Source of the DNA: an uncultured Acidobacteriota bacterium | Lineage (GTDB): Bacteria > Acidobacteriota > Thermoanaerobaculia > Multivoradales > UBA5704 | Reading direction: 5' to 3' | Assembly (NCBI GenBank): GCA_963700145.1 | Contig: OY969474.1 | Span: 3,360,001-3,424,000, forward strand | DNA length: 64,000 bases | Part shown: positions 10,701 through 20,790 of the stretch, piece after piece | Layout of the letters: each line of letters starts with the position of its first letter | Numbering within the stretch: the first letter of the stretch is position 1 | Position numbers and translations under genes: made by a program | The notes under the pieces: generated by a model | Seen by the model: the letters and a program-made list of their open reading frames with translations, nothing else | Database searches by the model: none | What the model was told of the DNA's origin: nothing

Positions 10701-13700
10701 CGTCGGCGCGCCGATCGCCGGCCGCGACCGCCGGGAGCTGGAGCGGATGATCGGCGTCTTCCTCAACATGCTTCCCCTGCGCCTCGACCTCGCGGGCGGC
10801 CCGACGTTCCGCGTCCTGCTCGACCGGGCGCGCGAGACCGCGCTCGCCGCCTACGCCGGCCAGGACGTGCCCGTCGAGCGGCTCATCGAGGAGGCCCAGC
10901 CCAAGCGCGACCTCTCGCGCTCGCCGCTCTTCCAGGTGCTGCTCAACGTCCAGGAGTTCCCTCACCCGGCATTCGACGTCCCGGGCCTGGCGATCGAACC
11001 CCTGCCCCTGCGCGAGGTGCCGTCGCGGTTCGACCTCACGATCTACGGCGAAGAGGTGCGGAGCGGAGGGATCTCGTTGGAGCTGGTCTACAACGCCCAC
11101 CTCTTCGACCGCGCCGCGATGGCGGGGTTCCTCGCCCAGCTCCGGCAGCTCCTGGAGCGCGCGGCGGCGGCGCCGGACACGCCGATCTCCCGGCTCTCCC
11201 TCCTGACGCCCGCGGCCGCGGCCGTCCTCCCCGATCCCCGCGCCCCGCTCGGCGCCGGCCCCTGGACGGGCGCGGTGCACGAGCGCTTCGCCGAGCGGGC
11301 GCGGCGCGCCCCGGACCGCCCCGCGATCCGCGACGCCGGCGGCACCTGGACGTACGGCGAGCTGGCGGCGCGGGCGGACGGCCTCGCCCGGCGCCTGCGC
11401 GCGGCTGGCGTCGGACGCGGCGACCTGGTGGCGATCTACGCCCACCGGAGCGCGCCGCTTGTCCAGGCGCTCCTCGGCGTTTTGGAGGCCGGCGCAGCGT
11501 TCCTGGTCCTCGACCCCGCGCATCCGGCATCGCGGCTGGCGGCCGCTGTTCGCCGCGCCCGCCCGCGGGCCTGGGTGGCGCTCGCCGCCGCGGGTCCCGC
11601 AGGGGACGAGCTGGCGGCGGCGCTCGCCGCGGTGCCGCGGATCGACCTCGACGCCGCCGGCGGCCCGGATGGACCGGCGGACCTCGGCGCCGTCGGCGTC
11701 GCCACGCGGGCGGACGACCTCGCCTACGTGGCCTTCACCTCGGGCTCGACCGGCGAGCCCAAAGGGATCCTCGGCACCCACGGCCCGTTGGCCCATTTCT
11801 GCGCCTGGCAGGCCGAGCGGTTCGCCCTGGGGCCGGACGACCGCTTCAGCCTGCTGTCGGGGCTCTCGCACGACCCGCTGCTACGCGATGTCTTCACGCC
11901 TCTTTCCCTGGGCGCCCTGCTCTGCGTCCCCGATCCCGACGAGATGGGATCGCCCCACCTCCTGGCCGGCTGGATGGCGCGGCAAGAGATCACCGCCTGT
12001 CACCTCACCCCCGCCCTCGGGCAGTTGCTGGCCGCGGGCGGAACGCCCCTCCCGGTTCTGCGGCACGCCTTCTTCGGCGGCGACGTCCTGGCCGAGCGCG
12101 ACGTCGCCGGCCTGCGGGGCCTCGCCCCCGCCGCGGCCTGCATCAACTTCTATGGCACCACCGAGACCCCTCAGGCCGTGGCCTGGCACGACGCCGCCGG
12201 GGCCGGCGCCTGGCCGGGGCGCCGGGTGCCGGTGGGCAAGGGGATCGACGGCGTCCAGCTCCTAGTGCTCGGTGCCGGCGGCGAGCTCGCCGCGCCGGGC
12301 GAGCTGGGGGAGGTCTGCGTGCGGACGCCGCACCTCTCCCGCGGCTACCTCGGCGACGAGCGGCTCACCGCCGAGCGCTACGTCCCCAACCCGGCCACCG
12401 GCGACCCGGCCGACCGCGTCTACCGCACCGGCGACCTGGGGCGCTACCGGAGCGACGGCGCGGTCGACCTCGCCGGCCGCCGCGACCGCCAGCTGCAGGT
12501 GCGGGGCTTCCGCGTCGAGCCGGCCGAGGTCGAGGCGGCGCTGGCGCTCCATCCGGCGGTGCGCGACGCCGTGGTGGGGCTGCGCGAGGCGCCCGGCCGC
12601 GGCGACGGCCGCCCGATCCTGACCGCCTGGCTCGCGGCCGCGCCGGACGAGCCCCGGCCCCGCCCCGGCGAGCTGCGCGACCTGCTCCGCCGGGACCTGC
12701 CCGACCCGATGGTGCCGGAGGCGTTCGTCTGGCTCGAGCGCCTCCCCTTGACCCCGCACGGCAAGCTCGACCGCGCGGCCCTCCCCGCCCCCGATCCGGC
12801 CGAGGGGAGGGGCGCTGAGGCCGCCGAGGCCCCGGTCACCTCCGAGGAGGAGCGGGTGGCGGCGCTCTGGCGCGAGCTCCTCGGCCTCGAGCGGGTGGGC
12901 CGGCACGAGAACTTCTTCGAGCTCGGCGGCCACTCGCTGCTCGCCGCCCGCATGGTGGCCGCCCTGCGCGAGGCCTTCGACGTCGAGGTGCCGCTGCGCG
13001 CCCTCTTCGAGCGGCCCACGGTGGCCGGAGTGGCCGGCATCCTGGCAGAGCTCTGCGCCGAGCGCACCGGTGGCGCCGACCGCATCCCGCGCCTGCCGCG
13101 CGACGGCCGGCGCTTCCCGGTCTCCCCTTCGCAGCTCCGCGAGTGGGTCCTCGACCGCCTGCAGCCGGGCACCGGGGCCTACAACGTCCCCGGCGGCGGC
13201 CGGGTCACCGGGCCGGCCGACCTCTCCGCCCTCGCGCGCGGCATCCAGGAGATCGTGCGCCGGCACGAGTCGCTGCGCACGACCTTCGCCGCGGGCGACG
13301 GCGACGAGCCGGTGCAGGTGATCGCGCCCGAGCTGCGGCTCGCCGTCCCGGTGATCGACCTCGCGGCGCTGCCGGCCGCGGCGCGCGAGGCGGAGGCCCT
13401 GCGGGTGACGGGCGCCGAATGGGCCGCCCCCTTCGACCTCGAGCGCGGGCCGCTGGTGCGGGTGAGCCTCGTGCGGCTGGCGGACGGCGAGCGAGTGCTG
13501 CTCGTCACCTTCCACCACATCGTCGCCGACGGCTGGTCGATGGCGATCTTCTTCCGCGAGCTGGCCGCGCTCTACGCCGCCTTCGCGGCGGGGGGGCCCT
13601 CGCCGCTGCCCGAGCTGCCGATCCAGTACGCGGACTTCGCCGACTGGCAGCGCCGCCGCCTGGCGGGGGAGCACCTCGATCGCCAGCTCGACTACTGGCG

Positions 13701-16395
13701 CCGCCAGCTCGCGGGCGTCGTCCCCCTGGAGCTCCCCACCGACCGGCCGCGCCCGCCGGTGCAGCGGTTCGAAGGGGGGAAGCTCCCCTTCCATCTGCCG
13801 CTCGCGCCGACCGCCGGCCTGCGCGAGCTGGCGCAGCGGCAGGGGGCGAGCCTCTTCATGGCGCTCCTCGCCGCCTTCTCCGCCCTCCTCGCGCGCTACA
13901 GCGGCCAGGAGGACCTGACCGTCGGCACCTACAGCGGCAACCGCGACCGGACCGAGCTCGAAGGGCTCATCGGCTTCTTCATCAACAGCCTCGTGCTGCG
14001 TCTGCGCCTCGCAGACGAGCCGAGCTTCCGCCGGCTCCTCGACCGCGCGCGCGAGGTGACCCTGGAGGCCTTCGCGCACCAGGAGGTCCCCTTCGAAAAG
14101 CTGCTCGAGGCCCTCCGCGTCGAGCGCGACCTCTCGCGCACGCCGCTCTTCCAGGCCATGCTCGTGCTCCACAACTTCCCGCGCGCGGCGGTGGATCTCG
14201 CCGGCGTCCGCCTGGAGCCGCTCCCTTTCGACCAGGGGCACGCCGACTTCGACCTCACCCTCTGGCTGAGCGAGGGCCCGGCGGGCGTCGACGGCGCCTT
14301 CACCTACAGCCTCGCGCTCTTCGAGGAGGCGACGATCGCCCGCCTGGGAGGGCACCTCGCGGCCCTGGTCGGCGCCGCCCTCGCCGAACCGGACCGGCCG
14401 GTCTTCGAGCTGCCGATCCTCGGCGAGGAGGAGCGGCGGCAACTCCTCGCGGAGTGGGGGCGGGGAGCGGAAGCGGCGGCGGAGGAGCGGTGCCTCCACG
14501 AGCTGTTCGTGGAGCGGGCGCGGCGGTCGCCGGCGGCGATCGCCCTGGAGAGCGGCGGTGAGGCGGTCTCCTACGCCGAGCTGCAACGCCGAGCGGACGG
14601 TCTGGCCGCGCGCCTCGGCCGCCTGGGGGTCGGGCCTGAAGCTCTGGTCGGGATCGCCGTCGAGCGCTCGCCGGCGATGGTCGCCGCCCTCCTCGCCGTC
14701 CTCGAGGCCGGCGGCGCCTACTTGCCGCTCGACCCGGCGTACCCGCCGGCGCGGCTCGCGGCGATGATCGAGGACTCCGCCCTCTCCGTGCTGTTGACCG
14801 AGCGGCGGCACCTTCCGCGCCTGCCGGCCACGGGAGCGAAGATCGTGCTCCTCGACGAAGAGGAGCCAGCCAGCAAGGAGAAGCGCTCCGCCCCGCGGCG
14901 CGCGCCCGACCCCCGCCACCCGGCCTACGTCATCTACACCTCGGGCTCGACGGGCCGGCCCAAGGGGGTGGTCGTCGAGCACCGCTCGATCGCCGCCTAC
15001 GCGCTGGGCGCGGCCGAGGCCTTCGCCCTGCGCCCCGAAGACCGGGTGCTCCAGTTCGCCTCGCTCAGCTTCGACACCAGCGGCGAGGAGATCTATCCGA
15101 CGCTGGCGAGCGGGGCCACCCTGGTCCTCCGGTCCGCGGAGATGGCGACCTCCATCGCCGCGTTCCTGCGCGAGCTGGCGCTGCTGCGCATCACCGTCCT
15201 CGACCTCCCCACCGCCTACTGGCACGAGCTGGTGGAAGGGCTCGGACGCGAGGGGACGCTCCCCTCTTGCCTCCGGTTGGTGATCCTCGGCGGCGAGAAG
15301 GCGCTCCCCGACCGCCTCGCCCTCTGGCGCGAAAAGGTCGGTCCCGGCGTGCGGCTGCTCAACACCTACGGGCCGACGGAGGCGACAATCGTCGCCACCC
15401 GCTGCGACCTGACCATCGGGCCGGTTGAGGCGCCGATCGGCCGCCCGATCCCCGGCGCGTGCGCCTACGTCCTCGACCGGCGCGGCGGTCCGGTGCCGAT
15501 CGGCGTCCCGGGCGAGCTGCACCTCGGCGGCACCGGCCTCGCCCGCGGCTATCTGCACCGCCCGGAGACGACGGCCGAGCGGTTCGTCCCCGACCCCTTC
15601 GCGGGCGCGCCGGGCGCGCGCCTCTATCGCACCGGCGATCGGGTGCGCTGGCTGGCGGACGGCGAGCTGGAGTTCCTGGGGCGGCTCGACCAGCAGGTCA
15701 AGATCCGCGGCTTCCGCGTCGAGCTCGAAGAGATCGAGGCGGCCCTGCGCGCTCACGCAAGCGTCCGCGACGCCGCCGTCGCCCTCCGGCGATCGCCGCA
15801 GGGGGACCCGCGCCTCGTGGCCTATCTGGTCCGCGACGGCGGCCCGCCGGACGGGCGGCCTGCCGCGGCCGAGCCGTCCCCCCTCGCCGCGGAGCTGCGG
15901 AGCTTCCTCCAGGCGCGCCTGCCCGAGCACATGGTGCCGGCCCACTACCTCGACCTGCGGTCCCTGCCGCTCACCCCGAGCGGCAAGGTGGACCGCCGGT
16001 CGCTCCCCGAGCCGCGGGGGACGCGCCCCGACGCGGGCGCCGGCTACGTGGCGCCGAGGAGCGAGCTGGAGCGGACCATCGCCGCCGTCTGGCGCGACCT
16101 CCTGGGGGTCGACCGCATCGGCGCCGAGGACAACTTCTTCGAGCTTGGGGCCCACTCGCTGCTGATCGTGCGCGCCCACGGCCGCCTGCGCCAGGCGCTC
16201 GGCCGCGAGCTGACCGCGATCGACCTCTTCCGGCACCCGAGCGTGCGCGCCCTCGCCGAGCACCTGGCGAGCGCGGAGGACCGCCCCGCCTTCGAGCAGG
16301 TCGAGAGCCTCGCCCGGCGGCAGCGGGCCGCGCTCGGCCGCCGGCAGCAGACGAGCGAACGCCTCAAGGCCATGACCGGCGGGAGCAGGCGCTGA
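7744..16395 (+). CDS. Hybrid PKS-NRPS: KS-(AT absent)-ACP-C-A-T-C-A-T
   Basis: KS motifs DPQHRL, TACSTS, HGTAT, KGNVGHL; GGHSLL carrier; HHIVGDG and HHIVADG C domains; two A domains; terminal T GAHSLL. Start overlaps the upstream stop codon. Confidence 0.95.
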   Translation: MPEAASGVAVVGMAGRFPGAADVERFWENLAAGTESVTFFPREELAAAGVEPAALDDPAYVPARAAIEGAELFDAELFGYTPREAALTDPQHRLLLECAWEALEHAGHDPRRFDGLIGVYVGAGFNAYLLLNLIARREELAAVGPFQTLLANQGDFLANRLSYKLGLRGPSLTVQTACSTSLVALHLAVQSLLNGECDLALAGGVRIALPRPAGYLYQPDGILSADGHCRPFDAAASGAVDGEGAGIVVLKRLADALADGDHVHAVVLGTAINNDGDERVGFSAPGVGGQAGVLAMAQAVAGVDPETIGFIEGHGTATPLGDPIEVAALRQVFAASTSRKRFCALGSVKGNVGHLDAAAGVTSLIKTVLALERGVIPPTPHFQRPNPRLGLEESPFFVNAEPLPWPSTAAPRRAGVSSFGMGGTNAHVVLEEAPAVPAGDPSRPWQLLVLSAASAPALEATTDRLADHFARHSELDLADVAFTLQVGRQELAHRRTLVCRSLAEAREALAARDLRQVRSAVVDRETSAPREAVAGPPTGGDGPETLEALGARWLAGAEVDWRALHTGERRLRIPLPTYPFQRQWHWIGPLVEVRAEPARREPGEPRPRRPRPAVGRPYEPPRGDLERRLADLFEDLLGVAPVGAFDKFFELGGHSLLGLQLLSRVKSELGPEMRLEALFENSSVADLAALIAAADEDRVGGAGDVIPRVRRDGDLPLSFAQERLWLLDRLDPGTPTLNLTEGVRLTGRLDVPAFARALAEVVRRHEALRTAFVDVQGRPAQRILPAVEVALPLVDLSALPEERLEAEAERLAVRAGDHRFDLSRPPLLTAALHRLADSPLERHDVVLVLHHIVGDGWSTSVLFAELTEIYRAFVAGLPSPLPELPVQYVDFAAWQRARLGEAEMARQLAGWKTRLAPPLPVLDLPTDRLRPSVQTSRGLTEKLFLPPEAAGAVRALGADRGATPFMVLLAGYALLLSRWSGQEDLVVGAPIAGRDRRELERMIGVFLNMLPLRLDLAGGPTFRVLLDRARETALAAYAGQDVPVERLIEEAQPKRDLSRSPLFQVLLNVQEFPHPAFDVPGLAIEPLPLREVPSRFDLTIYGEEVRSGGISLELVYNAHLFDRAAMAGFLAQLRQLLERAAAAPDTPISRLSLLTPAAAAVLPDPRAPLGAGPWTGAVHERFAERARRAPDRPAIRDAGGTWTYGELAARADGLARRLRAAGVGRGDLVAIYAHRSAPLVQALLGVLEAGAAFLVLDPAHPASRLAAAVRRARPRAWVALAAAGPAGDELAAALAAVPRIDLDAAGGPDGPADLGAVGVATRADDLAYVAFTSGSTGEPKGILGTHGPLAHFCAWQAERFALGPDDRFSLLSGLSHDPLLRDVFTPLSLGALLCVPDPDEMGSPHLLAGWMARQEITACHLTPALGQLLAAGGTPLPVLRHAFFGGDVLAERDVAGLRGLAPAAACINFYGTTETPQAVAWHDAAGAGAWPGRRVPVGKGIDGVQLLVLGAGGELAAPGELGEVCVRTPHLSRGYLGDERLTAERYVPNPATGDPADRVYRTGDLGRYRSDGAVDLAGRRDRQLQVRGFRVEPAEVEAALALHPAVRDAVVGLREAPGRGDGRPILTAWLAAAPDEPRPRPGELRDLLRRDLPDPMVPEAFVWLERLPLTPHGKLDRAALPAPDPAEGRGAEAAEAPVTSEEERVAALWRELLGLERVGRHENFFELGGHSLLAARMVAALREAFDVEVPLRALFERPTVAGVAGILAELCAERTGGADRIPRLPRDGRRFPVSPSQLREWVLDRLQPGTGAYNVPGGGRVTGPADLSALARGIQEIVRRHESLRTTFAAGDGDEPVQVIAPELRLAVPVIDLAALPAAAREAEALRVTGAEWAAPFDLERGPLVRVSLVRLADGERVLLVTFHHIVADGWSMAIFFRELAALYAAFAAGGPSPLPELPIQYADFADWQRRRLAGEHLDRQLDYWRRQLAGVVPLELPTDRPRPPVQRFEGGKLPFHLPLAPTAGLRELAQRQGASLFMALLAAFSALLARYSGQEDLTVGTYSGNRDRTELEGLIGFFINSLVLRLRLADEPSFRRLLDRAREVTLEAFAHQEVPFEKLLEALRVERDLSRTPLFQAMLVLHNFPRAAVDLAGVRLEPLPFDQGHADFDLTLWLSEGPAGVDGAFTYSLALFEEATIARLGGHLAALVGAALAEPDRPVFELPILGEEERRQLLAEWGRGAEAAAEERCLHELFVERARRSPAAIALESGGEAVSYAELQRRADGLAARLGRLGVGPEALVGIAVERSPAMVAALLAVLEAGGAYLPLDPAYPPARLAAMIEDSALSVLLTERRHLPRLPATGAKIVLLDEEEPASKEKRSAPRRAPDPRHPAYVIYTSGSTGRPKGVVVEHRSIAAYALGAAEAFALRPEDRVLQFASLSFDTSGEEIYPTLASGATLVLRSAEMATSIAAFLRELALLRITVLDLPTAYWHELVEGLGREGTLPSCLRLVILGGEKALPDRLALWREKVGPGVRLLNTYGPTEATIVATRCDLTIGPVEAPIGRPIPGACAYVLDRRGGPVPIGVPGELHLGGTGLARGYLHRPETTAERFVPDPFAGAPGARLYRTGDRVRWLADGELEFLGRLDQQVKIRGFRVELEEIEAALRAHASVRDAAVALRRSPQGDPRLVAYLVRDGGPPDGRPAAAEPSPLAAELRSFLQARLPEHMVPAHYLDLRSLPLTPSGKVDRRSLPEPRGTRPDAGAGYVAPRSELERTIAAVWRDLLGVDRIGAEDNFFELGAHSLLIVRAHGRLRQALGRELTAIDLFRHPSVRALAEHLASAEDRPAFEQVESLARRQRAALGRRQQTSERLKAMTGGSRR

Positions 16396-16396
16396 G

Positions 16397-19300
16397 ATGA
16401 GGGAGCCCGACATGGACCAGCCGCAACGACTCGATGACGCCGAAGAGGGGCAGGAGCAGGTCGCCGTCGTCGGCATGGCCGGCCGCTTCCCGGCGGCCGC
16501 GGACCTCGACGCGTTCTGGCGCAACCTGCGCGACGGCGTCGACGCGGTGCGCGCGCTGACCGCCGAGGAGCTGCTGGCCTCCGGCGTCGACCCGGCGCTC
16601 TTCGCCCGCCCGGACTACGTCAAGGCGGCTGCCCCGATCGACGGGGTCGAGCTCTTCGACGCGTCGTTCTTCGGCTTCTCGCCGCGTGAGGCCGAGCTTC
16701 TCGACCCGCAGGTGCGGGTCTTCATGGAGTGCGCCTGGGAGGCCCTGGAGTCGGCCGGCTACATCGCGGAGTCCTACGACGGCTGGATCGGCCTCTTCGC
16801 CGGCGTCAGCCTCCCGGCCTATCTGATGAGCAACCTCTCCCCCCACCGGGAGCTCGCGGCGGAGGTGGGCAACTTCCACTTGATGCTGGCCAACGACCGC
16901 GACTACTTCACCACCCGCGTCTCCTACAAGCTCGGGCTCCAGGGGCCGAGCGTCAACGTCCAGAGCGCCTGCTCGACCTCGCTCGTGGCGACCCACCTCG
17001 CCTGCCAGAGCCTGCTCTCCTATCAGTGCAGCCTGGCGCTCGCCGGCGGCATCCGGATCAACTTCCCGCAGCTCGTCGGGTACGTCCACCAGGAGGGGAG
17101 CATCTTCTCGCCCGACGGGCGCTGCCGCGCCTTCGACGCCCGCGGGGGAGGCGCCCTCTTCGGCGAGGGGGCCGGGGTGGTGGTGCTCAAGCGCCTCTCC
17201 GAGGCGCTCGCCGACGGCGACACGATCCACGCCGTCGTCCGCGGCTCGGCCTGCAACAACGACGGCACGAACAAGGTGGGCTACACCGCGCCGAGCGTCG
17301 ACGGCCAGGCCAAGGTCATCGCCCTCGCCCAGGCGGTCGCCGGCGTCGGCCCGGAGAGCGTGAGCTACGTCGAGGCCCACGGCAGCGGCACGCCGCTCGG
17401 CGATCCGATCGAGGTCGCCGCCCTCACTCGGGCCTTCCGCGCCCACACCGACCGCAAGCGCTTCTGCGCCTTGGGCTCGGTCAAGACCAACGTCGGCCAC
17501 CTGGAGGCCGCGGCCGGCATCGCCGGACTGCTCAAGACCGTGCTCGCCCTGAAGCACCGCACCCTCCCCCCGAGCCTCCACTTCCAGGCGCCGAATCCCG
17601 AGATCGACTTCGAGAACGGCCCGTTCTACGTCAACACCGCCGCCCGCGAGTGGCGGAGCGACGGCATGCCGCGGCGGGCCGGCGTCAGCTCCTTCGGCAT
17701 GGGCGGCACCAACGCCCACGTCGTCCTGGAGGAGGCGCCGACGGTCGCGCCCGGGAGCGCCTCCCGCTCCTGGCAGCTCCTCCTCCTCTCGGCGAAGACC
17801 CCGACCGCGCTGGAGACCTCCGCCGCCCGCCTCGCCGCCTTCCTGCGCGAGCGCCCGGACGTCGACTTCGCCGACGCCGTCCACACCCTGCAGGCCGGCC
17901 GGCGCGGCTTCCGTCACCGGCTGGCCCTCGTCTGCCGCGACCGCGAGGACGCCCTGGCGGCGCTCGAGACCTCCGACCCGCGCCGGCTGCTGCAGAGCGA
18001 GCAGGAGAGCGCCGACCCGCCGGTCACTTTCCTCTTCTCGGGGCTGGGCGAGCACTACCCGGGCATGGCGCGCGAGCTCTACCGCGGCGAGCCCGCCTTC
18101 CGCGCCGCGCTCGACGAGTGCTGCGACCTCCTGGCGCCCGAGGTCGGGCTCGACCTGCGCCGCCTGCTCTTTCCCCCCGCGCCGGAGTCGCGCGGCGGCG
18201 TGGACGTCAAGGCGCTGTTCGGCCGCGGCGCGCGGGCGGCGAGCGAGCTCGACCGCACCCTCTACGCCCAGCCGGCGGTCTTCGCCGTCGAGTACGCGCT
18301 GGCCACCCTGCTCATGGAATGGGGGATCCGCCCGCAGTCGCTCGTCGGCTACAGCCTGGGCGAGTACGTGGCCGCCTGCCTGGCCGGCGTCCTCTCGCTG
18401 CCGGACGCCCTGGTCCTCGTCGCGCGGCGGGCGCGCCTGATCGACGGCCTGCCGGCCGGGGCCATGCTCGCGCTGCCGCTCCCCGAGGAGGAGGCGCGCT
18501 CACTCCTGGGGTCCGAGCTCTCGCTCGCCGCCCTCAACGGCCCCTCCGTCAGCGTGGCCGCCGGCCCCGAGGCGGCGATCGACGCCCTCGAACGGCGGCT
18601 CGCCGAGCGCGGCCTCGCCGGCCGCCGCCTCCCCACCACCCACGCCTTCCACTCGCGGATGATGGAGCCGATCCGGAGCGCCTTCGGCGAGCTGGTCGCT
18701 GGCGCGCGGCTCGCGCCGCCGCGCATCCCCTACGTCTCGAACGTCACCGGCACCTGGATCACCGCCGAGGAGGCGACCGATCCCGGCTACTGGGTGCGCC
18801 ACCTCTGCCAGGCCGTGCGCTTCGCCGACGGCCTCGCCGAGCTCGCCCGCGAGCCCGAGCGCGTGCTCGTCGAGGTCGGGCCCGGCCAGGGGCTGACCTC
18901 ACTGGCCCTGCAGGCGGCGGGCGGGCTCCTGGCGATCCCCACCCTCCGCTCCTCCTGGGACAGCCAGCCCGACCTGGCTTTCCTGCTCACCGCCCTGGCC
19001 AAGCTCTGGCTCGCGGGGGTGCGGGTGGACTGGTCCGGCTTCGCCGCTCACGAGCGGCGCCTCAAGGTGCCGCTCCCCACCTACCCGTTCGAGCGGCGCC
19101 GCTACTTCATCGACCCGCCGAGCGCCCTTGCACGGCCGGCGGCGGGCGCGGCGGCGGCGGTCCCCACCTGGTCCGGCGACGGCGGCGAGGCGGCGGCGCC
19201 GCGTCCCGCCTCCCGCCACGCCCGGCCCGCCCATCTGCGGAACCCCTACGTGCCGCCCGCGGGCGATCTCGAGCAGCGTCTCGCCGCCATCTGGCAGCAG

Positions 19301-20785
19301 GTGCTCGGCATCGAAGCGGTCGGCGCCCACGACAACTTCTTCGAGCTCGGCGGCCACTCGCTGCTCGCGCCGCAGCTCCTCGTCCGCCTGCGCACGGAGC
19401 TGAGCGTCGACTTTCCGATGCGCGACCTCGTGGAGACCCCGACGGTCGCGCGCATGGCGGCGGCGATCGAGCTCATCCGGCGCGAAGGGCTGGCCGCCCT
19501 CGCGGCGCGGCGCGAGGAGGTGGACCTGTGGGCCGAGGCGGCGGCCCTCGATCCCGCGATCGTCCCGGAGGCCCCGTGGAGCGGCGCGGTCGGGGAGCCG
19601 GCCGAGATCTTCCTCACCGGCGGCACCGGCTTCCTCGGTTCCCACGTCCTCGCCGAGCTGCTGCGCCGCACCGGCGCCCGCCTCCACTGTCTGGTCCGCG
19701 CGGCCGACGCCGAGGCCGCCTCCCGCCGGCTGCGCTCCGCGCTCGCCGACCGCGAGCTCTGGCGCGACGAGATGGCCGGCCGGATCGAGGCCGTTCCCGG
19801 CGACCTCGCGGCCCCTCGCTTCGGGCTCTCCGAAGAGGCCTTCCGCGCCCTGGCGGGACGGGTGGACCTCGTCTACCACTGCGGCGCCTGGGTGAACTTC
19901 AACTACCCCTACAAGCTCCTCAAGCCGGCCAACGTCGCGGGCACCATCGAGGCCTTGCGCCTGGCGGCGCTCGGGCGCGCCAAGCCCCTCCACTTCATCT
20001 CCAGCATCGCCGCCACCCCCGAGGGGGACTACGGCTTCCGCGAGCACCCGGTGGTCTACGAGAACGAGGACTCCGACTCGATCGACGGCCTCTTCGGCGG
20101 CTACGGCGAGAGCAAGTGGGTCTGCGAGCGCCTGATCCGCATCGCCCGCGAGCGCGGGCTGCCGGTCACCATCTACCGCCCGGGCGTCCTCTCCGGCCAC
20201 AGCCGGACCGGCGCCGGCAACACCCGCGACATGATCTGGAGCCTGATCAAGAGCTGCATCCAGATGGGCGTCCACCCGATCGACGACTACCACCTCGACG
20301 TCACGCCGGTGGACTACGTGGCGCGCGCCGTCGTCCACCTCTCCCTGGACGTGCGGAACAGCGACCGGCTGTTCCAGCTCCCGCACCCGAATCCGCCGCG
20401 CTACCCCGCGGTCTACCAGCAGGTCCGCGCCTACGGTTATCCGCTCGCACCCCTCCCCTTCGCGGAGTGGGTGGAGCGGGTCGTGGAGGTCGCGCGCGTG
20501 GACTCCGACAACGCCCTGGCCCCCTTCGTCGGGGTGGCGGAGAACTACGACAAGTTCTCGGAGCGGGCGCAGACCGCGGGCAACGCCGGGAGACTCAAGG
20601 AGATCCTCTTCGACGGCGCCAACACCCGCGCCGGCCTCGCCGGCTCCGGCATCGTCTGCCCGGAGCTCGACGCGGAGCTGCTCGGGCGCTACCTCGATTG
20701 GTTCGTGCGCATCGGCTTCTACCCGGCGCCGGCGCTGCGCGCTCCGGCCTCGGCCGCCGAGCCGGCGTTGGCGCTCGATGTCTAA
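16397..20785 (+). CDS. Type I PKS: KS-AT-ACP-thioester reductase (R); start may be ATG 16412
   Basis: SACSTS, HGSGT, KTNVGHL; AT motifs GYSLG and HAFHS (malonyl-type); GGHSLL; SDR motifs TGGTGFLG and YGESK. Confidence 0.95.
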   Translation: MREPDMDQPQRLDDAEEGQEQVAVVGMAGRFPAAADLDAFWRNLRDGVDAVRALTAEELLASGVDPALFARPDYVKAAAPIDGVELFDASFFGFSPREAELLDPQVRVFMECAWEALESAGYIAESYDGWIGLFAGVSLPAYLMSNLSPHRELAAEVGNFHLMLANDRDYFTTRVSYKLGLQGPSVNVQSACSTSLVATHLACQSLLSYQCSLALAGGIRINFPQLVGYVHQEGSIFSPDGRCRAFDARGGGALFGEGAGVVVLKRLSEALADGDTIHAVVRGSACNNDGTNKVGYTAPSVDGQAKVIALAQAVAGVGPESVSYVEAHGSGTPLGDPIEVAALTRAFRAHTDRKRFCALGSVKTNVGHLEAAAGIAGLLKTVLALKHRTLPPSLHFQAPNPEIDFENGPFYVNTAAREWRSDGMPRRAGVSSFGMGGTNAHVVLEEAPTVAPGSASRSWQLLLLSAKTPTALETSAARLAAFLRERPDVDFADAVHTLQAGRRGFRHRLALVCRDREDALAALETSDPRRLLQSEQESADPPVTFLFSGLGEHYPGMARELYRGEPAFRAALDECCDLLAPEVGLDLRRLLFPPAPESRGGVDVKALFGRGARAASELDRTLYAQPAVFAVEYALATLLMEWGIRPQSLVGYSLGEYVAACLAGVLSLPDALVLVARRARLIDGLPAGAMLALPLPEEEARSLLGSELSLAALNGPSVSVAAGPEAAIDALERRLAERGLAGRRLPTTHAFHSRMMEPIRSAFGELVAGARLAPPRIPYVSNVTGTWITAEEATDPGYWVRHLCQAVRFADGLAELAREPERVLVEVGPGQGLTSLALQAAGGLLAIPTLRSSWDSQPDLAFLLTALAKLWLAGVRVDWSGFAAHERRLKVPLPTYPFERRRYFIDPPSALARPAAGAAAAVPTWSGDGGEAAAPRPASRHARPAHLRNPYVPPAGDLEQRLAAIWQQVLGIEAVGAHDNFFELGGHSLLAPQLLVRLRTELSVDFPMRDLVETPTVARMAAAIELIRREGLAALAARREEVDLWAEAAALDPAIVPEAPWSGAVGEPAEIFLTGGTGFLGSHVLAELLRRTGARLHCLVRAADAEAASRRLRSALADRELWRDEMAGRIEAVPGDLAAPRFGLSEEAFRALAGRVDLVYHCGAWVNFNYPYKLLKPANVAGTIEALRLAALGRAKPLHFISSIAATPEGDYGFREHPVVYENEDSDSIDGLFGGYGESKWVCERLIRIARERGLPVTIYRPGVLSGHSRTGAGNTRDMIWSLIKSCIQMGVHPIDDYHLDVTPVDYVARAVVHLSLDVRNSDRLFQLPHPNPPRYPAVYQQVRAYGYPLAPLPFAEWVERVVEVARVDSDNALAPFVGVAENYDKFSERAQTAGNAGRLKEILFDGANTRAGLAGSGIVCPELDAELLGRYLDWFVRIGFYPAPALRAPASAAEPALALDV

Positions 20786-20790
20786 GAGGG

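Noticed and set aside
2100-16524. Very long antisense and alternate-frame ORFs (e.g. 2100..7781 -, 12262..16524 -, 9423..12818 +)
   Set aside because: Shadow ORFs expected from high-GC codon bias over the NRPS/PKS genes; they carry no motifs.
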